From the sequence record PV261924.1: a stretch of 64,000 bases of DNA. The stretch is one strand, 5' to 3'. Positions 58,380-64,000 of the stretch are shown here, piece by piece (position 1 is the stretch's first letter; each line of letters begins with the position of its first letter). A program made the position numbers and the translations under genes. Below the pieces are notes generated by a model, which worked only from the letters and a program-made list of their open reading frames with translations, searched no databases and had not been told where the DNA came from.

Positions 58380-60422
58380 TTAGTAGGATGCTCTGCTAAC
58401 GATTGCGGTACCAAGTGGTTGTCGGGGAGTTGTGGTCAGAAGTGCCTGTTCTTGTTCAGGGGTTTCGACAGTAGTAATTGGTGTACCTCTTACTAATGCG
58501 TTTGATCCATAACTTGATGAAACAATGTAGTTTGTTCCTGATACATCATTTCCAGAGGAAATGTTGTCAGCAATAACATCGACTGTTGTATTATTTACAT
58601 CCAATTGTAGATAGAGATCTTGGAGACCAATCACATCATTAGAGTATGGAGTTGCCGATACCTCTACCAATGGTGTATTTCTATTTACGATGGTAGAAAT
58701 GATGTTAATTGGGTTGAGTTTGATTTCTCCCTTCTTGTAATCAATAGTACCTACGTTCTGTTTTACAATAATTGGTTCAGTAGGTGAATTAAGTTTGAAG
58801 AGGAATACCGTACCTTTCTCAAGGTCACCTGTGGGTTTATCACCAAGGTAAACCGTACCACTAATACCACTGACAGTGAAACCAGATGATTTGATATTGT
58901 AACCAACTAGGTTTCCATCGAAGACTGCACTATGACCATGATTCTTCACATGGAAACGATTACCGAAGCATAATTCGTACTCAGCAAACTTATTAGGAGA
59001 AGCAACCATATCTCTTCTCATATTCACATTTGTGATGTTAGAAGTTACAGACTGATGGCTACTATCAATAACCTTTTGGAACTTGGAATATTTGAAACGA
59101 GCACCAAACTGATTAAGTTCTGATGAATCAGCGTAAGCAGTCAAGTTCTGTAATACTACATTCTGAACGAATGATGCATTAGGTGCAAGGTTTGTATTGT
59201 AGTATGTCTCACAATCTGCTTCAACATACAGATACTTCAGGTCAATGATCTCTGCTCGAATACCAGCAACTGAGTAACTTTTGATTCTCTGTTGAAGGTT
59301 TTGTTTGATTCCACTTGATAAGAAGACACCATTATATGGTTTGACACTGATGAACACCTTACCAAACTGTGGTGGGCTCAGATCCTCACCACCAAATGCT
59401 GATACTGATTCAGCTTCTGGGTAGATCTGTGGAATTAATGCTTCATAATCAGCAGCAGTGACTGCTCTGTTCTGTGATGCGTAAATCTGCGGTGCATACT
59501 TCTTAATCGATTCAACAGATTCAATTGATTTACCACCTGTTGATTGTAAGACCGTTTCAATAATCGATACACCAGAACTAATTCCTGCACCGTTATTATC
59601 GTTTAGGTTACCAATAAATTGAAAGTTTGCAATGTTGTTTCCACTAGCTCCATTACTTGTGATATAACTTGCTTCAATATAATTCTTATCTTCAAGTTTG
59701 ACACCAAAGACACCATCACCAAATAGTAATTCATATCTTTCTTGTGAAATCTCTTGAAGGAAATAAGCTCTGGTTGACTTAGTTACATCAAACAGACTTG
59801 TAAACAATTCAAACTGTCTTGTTACAGTTGAACTCTGGGTGTCTCTTACAACGACATTCAAGAGATCAGTATCAATACCTGAGTTAGGAAGAATAAACTT
59901 CTGAAGTTTATTACTACCATCTACCGTAAAAGTTTGTTTAATGTATGTTCCTTCGTAGATATTAATATTTCTAAATGATGCAGTACCAGTTGAATCTACT
60001 GGAACAGTAATATCATTTGGAATTGAGAATATAAAATTTCGACTCTTATTGACACCAGTTGATCTAGATGTCATGACTGCACCAGCCTTAAGTGTGACTG
60101 ATACTGCGGTTGTATTACTTACGTCTACATCAAAAGATACTTGGGCGGTTGATGCTTTTCTTGATCTAGGTACATACCCAATATTCCTCGCGAGAGACAC
60201 CACGTTCTCCCTCAACGTGGCGCTATCGATGAATACCTCATTAGATACCATATTGGCATTATATGAGGTGATATACGTATTATATGCTAACGTATCGATG
60301 ATTGTGCTTAGATTCGATCCTTCAAAGTCGTAATCAGTGAAGTTTGAGTTCGAACGAAGATAGTCCTTGATAGACTCTTTGATCTGATCAAAATCTAAGT
60401 TGCTAAAATTAACTAGAGGCAT
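58380..60422 (-). CDS. g6: Baseplate wedge subunit gp6
   Basis: LDFDQIK, FTDYDFEGS, SATLRENVVSLARNIGYVP, QNRAVTAADY. Confidence 0.95.
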   Translation of the reverse strand: MPLVNFSNLDFDQIKESIKDYLRSNSNFTDYDFEGSNLSTIIDTLAYNTYITSYNANMVSNEVFIDSATLRENVVSLARNIGYVPRSRKASTAQVSFDVDVSNTTAVSVTLKAGAVMTSRSTGVNKSRNFIFSIPNDITVPVDSTGTASFRNINIYEGTYIKQTFTVDGSNKLQKFILPNSGIDTDLLNVVVRDTQSSTVTRQFELFTSLFDVTKSTRAYFLQEISQERYELLFGDGVFGVKLEDKNYIEASYITSNGASGNNIANFQFIGNLNDNNGAGISSGVSIIETVLQSTGGKSIESVESIKKYAPQIYASQNRAVTAADYEALIPQIYPEAESVSAFGGEDLSPPQFGKVFISVKPYNGVFLSSGIKQNLQQRIKSYSVAGIRAEIIDLKYLYVEADCETYYNTNLAPNASFVQNVVLQNLTAYADSSELNQFGARFKYSKFQKVIDSSHQSVTSNITNVNMRRDMVASPNKFAEYELCFGNRFHVKNHGHSAVFDGNLVGYNIKSSGFTVSGISGTVYLGDKPTGDLEKGTVFLFKLNSPTEPIIVKQNVGTIDYKKGEIKLNPINIISTIVNRNTPLVEVSATPYSNDVIGLQDLYLQLDVNNTTVDVIADNISSGNDVSGTNYIVSSSYGSNALVRGTPITTVETPEQEQALLTTTPRQPLGTAIVSRASY

Positions 60423-60824
60423 TTACCTAGTGGGTTGTAATGCAAATGATAATTGTTGTGGTGCTACGTCAATACCAATGATGTCATACCGAATGACTAC
60501 ATCGAAGGCATTATTGTCAAAGTTAGGGTTAACTTCAACTTCTCTCAATCGAACTCTTGGTTCAAAGTTATTAATCGTGTTCTCAATCTCAGATCGAATA
60601 GAACTTGCTGTCAAGAAGTCTAAGTTTTCAAATAATAAGTTGGTGACATTTGATCCAATTGTTGGTTCAAATGGTTTCTCACCAGGAATGGTAAAGACTA
60701 AATTACGAATTGAACGAGCAATAGCATTCTCGTTTCTCAGGATAATCACATCAGAATTGATCGGATTAACCTGAAAAGTAGCACTTACGTCTTTAAAAGC
60801 TTTACTTATCCTTTGGACAGGCAC
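60423..60824 (-). CDS. g25: Baseplate wedge subunit gp25
   Basis: NENAIARSIRNLVFT.PGEKPFEP.IGS, NFEPRV. Confidence 0.95.
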   Translation of the reverse strand: MPVQRISKAFKDVSATFQVNPINSDVIILRNENAIARSIRNLVFTIPGEKPFEPTIGSNVTNLLFENLDFLTASSIRSEIENTINNFEPRVRLREVEVNPNFDNNAFDVVIRYDIIGIDVAPQQLSFALQPTR

Positions 60825-60850
60825 TTAATTAATATACAACAATTCTCAGT

Positions 60851-60858
60851 TATTTATA
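60851..60858 (-). promoter_or_regulatory. T4-type late promoter opening the baseplate operon
   Basis: Perfect TATAAATA. Confidence 0.85.
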
Positions 60859-60874
60859 GGGGTATCCCGACAAA

Positions 60875-61030
60875 TCACTCAGTTAAAATTTGACTATTAT
60901 CTTCATTCTCCCAGAAGTCTTTCCAGTCCACCTCAGATGCTTCATAGAAACCATCTTGACGGACTTTCTTCTGATTCTTTGGTGTCTTCTGATCGTGATT
61001 GATCTCTCTCAAAAAGTTCTTGTTGTCCAT
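60875..61030 (-). CDS. Small hypothetical protein (51 aa, below ORF-track cutoff)
   Basis: Manual translation MDNKNFLREINHDQKTPKNQKKVRQDGFYEASEVDWKDFWENEDNSQILTE. Confidence 0.65.
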   Translation of the reverse strand: MDNKNFLREINHDQKTPKNQKKVRQDGFYEASEVDWKDFWENEDNSQILTE

Positions 61031-61043
61031 ATAAGTCTTTTAC

Positions 61044-61670
61044 TTATATATCCTTCACCTCGTACATATAATGATCAGAGGTTTCAATCTTCCTTTTGTT
61101 CTCTACACTATAGACTGTAGTATCAATCTCAAATCCAGGATTCTTTTCAATACGATTAAATGTCCAGGCATTATCATACCAAATGATTCGATTGTTAGGA
61201 TAGGCGTAATAGTTACCAGTCTCTACTTTAAACAGGTGTGCACACTTATGTTCAGGTGTTTCTGAATAGTTGAGATCAGGTACACCTTTATTCTCCCAGG
61301 ACCAATCTAAGGTGAACATATAATCACCCAATACCTTCTTACCATCAGGACGAATCAATTGTGCTTCAAGACCAGCAAGTCGATGTCGTCTTTGTACATC
61401 AATATAAGGACTGAAGCAATCCCAATACATGATCTGCTCTAAGGGTTCTATCTCGGCCTCTGGGTCCCAACAAAATGCATGTAGGGGTCTCCGTGTCCAA
61501 TTGACACCATTCTCCAGAAACGCTTCAAATAGAGGCACACGTTTCTCAATACTTGCCACACTATGAACATCGGCCTTAGTGACCTCTCCATGTCCTTTCT
61601 TGTGGTTATACAGAAACTCATTACGAATGTAACAAGACCAATCAGGTAAACTGTGATTTAAGTAAGCCAA
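61044..61670 (-). CDS. Hypothetical protein (208 aa)
   Basis: TTG start after SD AGGAGAAAGGA; GNYYAYPNNRIIW motif. Confidence 0.8.
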   Translation of the reverse strand: MAYLNHSLPDWSCYIRNEFLYNHKKGHGEVTKADVHSVASIEKRVPLFEAFLENGVNWTRRPLHAFCWDPEAEIEPLEQIMYWDCFSPYIDVQRRHRLAGLEAQLIRPDGKKVLGDYMFTLDWSWENKGVPDLNYSETPEHKCAHLFKVETGNYYAYPNNRIIWYDNAWTFNRIEKNPGFEIDTTVYSVENKRKIETSDHYMYEVKDI

Positions 61671-62032
61671 TTCCTTTCTCCTGGAAAATAATAATCAGTG
61701 AGTTCTTCGTCCTTAAGTATATCACGAACTGCATACAGTTTACCTGTACTTCGTTCATATGCTACATTCGGTTCATGTGAATGATTGATGTAATACTGTT
61801 GACCTAACCGTTGTAGATCATCATCAATCCAATAACCATTACCATCATAATAAGTCATCTTCTCTAGATACTCTCTTATTTCAGATGATATCTGCCATTC
61901 ACATATTTGAACACACTTCTTAGGTTCAAAGATAATAGTATCTTTTGGAATATCCACTAAAGAAAAAACACCCACCCCGTCACAGACTTTACTGGGAGCG
62001 AGATAGGTGTAAACAGTTAGATTATAACTCAA
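61658..62032 (-). CDS. SET-domain protein, putative lysine methyltransferase
   Basis: DGVGVF (motif I), YINHSHEPN (motif III), AVRDI.KDEELTDYY (motif IV); TTG start overlaps the upstream TGA. Confidence 0.85.
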   Translation of the reverse strand: MSYNLTVYTYLAPSKVCDGVGVFSLVDIPKDTIIFEPKKCVQICEWQISSEIREYLEKMTYYDGNGYWIDDDLQRLGQQYYINHSHEPNVAYERSTGKLYAVRDILKDEELTDYYFPGERNWLT

Positions 62033-62175
62033 CGTCCTTGACCACGATAACGCTTCTTCTTACCGTTTCGAGAGGAAGCTGACAACTTAGTGTGCTTACC
62101 ACTACCTTGACGTGATTTCTTTGGAGTTGACTCGATCATTGTTTGACCAGTCAGTGAACGTTTAAACTTTGCCAT
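62029..62175 (-). CDS. Small Lys/Arg-rich protein (48 aa, below ORF-track cutoff)
   Basis: MAKFKRSLTGQTMIESTPKKSRQGSGKHTKLSASSRNGKKKRYRGQGR; SD GGAGG. Confidence 0.85.
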   Translation of the reverse strand: MAKFKRSLTGQTMIESTPKKSRQGSGKHTKLSASSRNGKKKRYRGQGR

Positions 62176-62183
62176 AATACCTC

Positions 62184-62750
62184 CTAATATGGTTCAAAAT
62201 AATTTAAAACTTCATCAATGTGAAACACATAGCACGGAGCTGTTGTGTATCCATAGTATAACATCTTTTGTATCCTATGGGAACCATCCATTGATCTATA
62301 TCTCTTTCCAGTAATCGTAGTAGTACCATCTAATAAGATACCTGGATATGTAATATCTGCTTCAATGACTCTACTACCACCACAACATGGACAATATAAT
62401 GTATCTGAGGTAGCTCCATATTTCTCTTCCTGATACCATTGAATATCAGAAATCGGAACATCCAGTAGTCTATCTGAATTACGCATCCAATTCAATCTTC
62501 TTAATCGAATCCAATACCCTTCACCTACCTCTGGAATATACCAATTGGTTTCGGACTTGAATCCAGACTTATCATAATGTTGAAAACTATCACCCTCAAA
62601 GTAATGAGAAAATAATAACTCATCATACCATCCATCATAACCATATAACTTTAATTCATTGTCTCGATAATCATCAATACAATAAATGTTACCAGGTATC
62701 AGTTCTGGATACTGTGAGAAACCATCATACAATACAAGTAATCCTTTCAT
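62184..62750 (-). CDS. Hypothetical protein with C-terminal ParB/Sulfiredoxin-like motif
   Basis: ADITYPGILL...YRSMDGSHRIQKM; start moved to 62750 because 62753-62774 is a terminator. Confidence 0.6.
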   Translation of the reverse strand: MKGLLVLYDGFSQYPELIPGNIYCIDDYRDNELKLYGYDGWYDELLFSHYFEGDSFQHYDKSGFKSETNWYIPEVGEGYWIRLRRLNWMRNSDRLLDVPISDIQWYQEEKYGATSDTLYCPCCGGSRVIEADITYPGILLDGTTTITGKRYRSMDGSHRIQKMLYYGYTTAPCYVFHIDEVLNYFEPY

Positions 62751-62752
62751 AT

Positions 62753-62774
62753 AAAAAAGGGGGTCGAAACCCCC
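62753..62774 (-). terminator. Intrinsic terminator after the glycosyltransferase-like gene
   Basis: GGGGGT-TTCG-ACCCCC-T6 (UUCG loop). Confidence 0.9.
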
Positions 62775-62779
62775 ATACA

Positions 62780-63559
62780 TCAGATCACCCGAGTCTTCTC
62801 ATGACCCACTCGAATACGTGGATCACACCAGATATCATATCCAGCTTCAATTGCATCAAGACAGAATGAAACGTCTTCACCACACATATCTTGAACTGCA
62901 CCACTTTCAAACACTTGCATCTTTGGTGCAAACCAAGGATACTTCATCTTCTCATTCTCAAAGACACCATTCTGAATCAGAACCCAACCGAATCCAGTAT
63001 AGTCAACAGTAAATGGCTTCTTACGCTTACTGATACCATCAACCATCTCATGATTCATCACACCACCATTATTCCTGAAGTCATCTTCCTCCAACCAATG
63101 CGCAACAGAGGTTGTCCGCCCGTCCTCAGTCGAATACCAACCGGCAACGATTTCCTTCTCCTCACCTTCAGAGTTTAAAGCTAGGTCGCACAGCTGCCAG
63201 AACTTCTCAGTGTTAAAAATAATATCAGAATCAATCCACAACTGATAATCATAGTTCAACTTACCATCCCAAGGAATCTGGTCAGGCCCTCTCAACACAT
63301 TGGCGCCGAGACACTTACAACGTGCGAAGTTCACCATAGACGAGTAATCCTGACTGATCTGAATACTCATCTGGTTCTGTACAAGGTCAAAACATAACTG
63401 TACAAAATTCTTCATGAATGCATATGAACATCCACGTCCTGGAAGACAAAAAACAATTGCCTTCCCTCTCATCCGTTCTTTAATCGCTTCATAGTCCCAC
63501 TCAGGACCTTTATCTTTCTTCTTTGGTTCTGAAGCTTTTACTGTAAAACCTTTAGCCAT
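62780..63559 (-). CDS. GT-A fold glycosyltransferase-like protein
   Basis: IVFCLPG, NFARC, LWIDSDIIF (DxD), YTGFGWVLI..GVF, GEDVSFC, VGHEK; start moved to MAKGF because the -10 box lies just upstream. Confidence 0.75.
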   Translation of the reverse strand: MAKGFTVKASEPKKKDKGPEWDYEAIKERMRGKAIVFCLPGRGCSYAFMKNFVQLCFDLVQNQMSIQISQDYSSMVNFARCKCLGANVLRGPDQIPWDGKLNYDYQLWIDSDIIFNTEKFWQLCDLALNSEGEEKEIVAGWYSTEDGRTTSVAHWLEEDDFRNNGGVMNHEMVDGISKRKKPFTVDYTGFGWVLIQNGVFENEKMKYPWFAPKMQVFESGAVQDMCGEDVSFCLDAIEAGYDIWCDPRIRVGHEKTRVI

Positions 63560-63588
63560 GAATTTGAAATCACTCCATTTCAATTTTT

Positions 63589-63617
63589 ATTATACCAAGT
63601 ATGTAGTCCTCTGTCAA
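63589..63617 (-). promoter_or_regulatory. Consensus sigma70 (early) promoter
   Basis: TTGACA-N17-TATAAT, perfect match. Confidence 0.9.
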
Positions 63618-63639
63618 TCACTGAGGGTATCGGTAAACC

Positions 63640-63852
63640 CTACTGTGACGTGTCTGACAAATTACTGATATCCACTCCTTCTTGTAGTACATTCACTACC
63701 TCATATGAGAGATCCTCAGCTTGATAGTCAGTCTTCACTAGGCCGACCAGGTTCTTTAAAGTCTCCCAACTACTCCGAAAATTCTCTTCAGACAAACTAT
63801 GTAATACACACTCGTCCTTTAAGTATATGTGGTAGATTTTTGTAGAACTCAT
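63640..63852 (-). CDS. Hypothetical protein (70 aa)
   Basis: KIYHIYLKDECVLHSLSEENF; coding-strand ORF. Confidence 0.7.
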   Translation of the reverse strand: MSSTKIYHIYLKDECVLHSLSEENFRSSWETLKNLVGLVKTDYQAEDLSYEVVNVLQEGVDISNLSDTSQ

Positions 63853-64000
63853 AGATGCGCCGACCTTCTCAGGATTTTTTTTATATATGGAATTTTTTTT
63901 TATATATGCAATATCTTAAGGCCGTTTGGGGACCTTTGTAGGTTAGACTTGCTGCAATTTCTTTTAAGGGGGGGGGCAAGAAACCATCGATAACCAACCA

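Noticed and set aside
34-63178. Dozens of plus-strand ORFs in the six-frame track (e.g. 5566-6075, 14519-15010, 43430-43864)
   Set aside because: All lie antisense to well-supported minus-strand genes and lack recognisable motifs, SDs and promoters; expected shadows of biased codon usage.
1-64000. tRNA, rRNA, ncRNA and photosynthesis or other auxiliary metabolic genes
   Set aside because: Intergenic gaps are almost all under 150 bp and are explained by promoters or terminators; no cloverleaf and no psbA/hli-like ORF seen. A tRNAscan-SE or Infernal run would be needed to exclude small RNAs formally.

Overview
This 64 kb window is part of the genome of a T4-like (Tevenvirinae-type) myovirus, very probably a cyanophage. 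It has cyanophage-style gp55, gp46/47, a CobS-like AAA ATPase, a giant gp7, a VrlC-like protein and a fibre-rich island between g16 and g17. Essentially all real genes are on the minus strand. In transcription order (right to left) they are: an early-promoter cluster (glycosyltransferase-like, ParB/Srx-like, small basic protein, SET-domain protein); baseplate genes g25, g6, g7, a gp9/10-like fibre and g8; a VrlC-like protein; neck and tail genes g13-g16; a hyperplastic island; g17-g23; an S74-chaperone fibre; g3, uvsY, a GIY-YIG homing endonuclease, uvsW, g55, g47 and g46; and a vWA-peptidase/AAA pair running off the left edge. About 19 T4-type late promoters (NNTAAATA), two sigma70-like promoters and several terminators are visible. 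I found no tRNA, rRNA, CRISPR array, intron, intein or photosynthesis gene. The best leads are: (1) a roughly 315-aa putative metal-binding, zincin-like domain inserted in frame in gp7; (2) a SET methyltransferase translationally coupled to a 48-aa Lys/Arg-rich protein; (3) a modular, Cys-paired basic polyprotein possibly cut by the prohead protease; (4) two gap-free aligned early promoters with a sequence-variable hairpin in place of the -35 box; (5) hairpins placed directly behind late promoters. All family assignments come from motif recognition and recall, not database searches.
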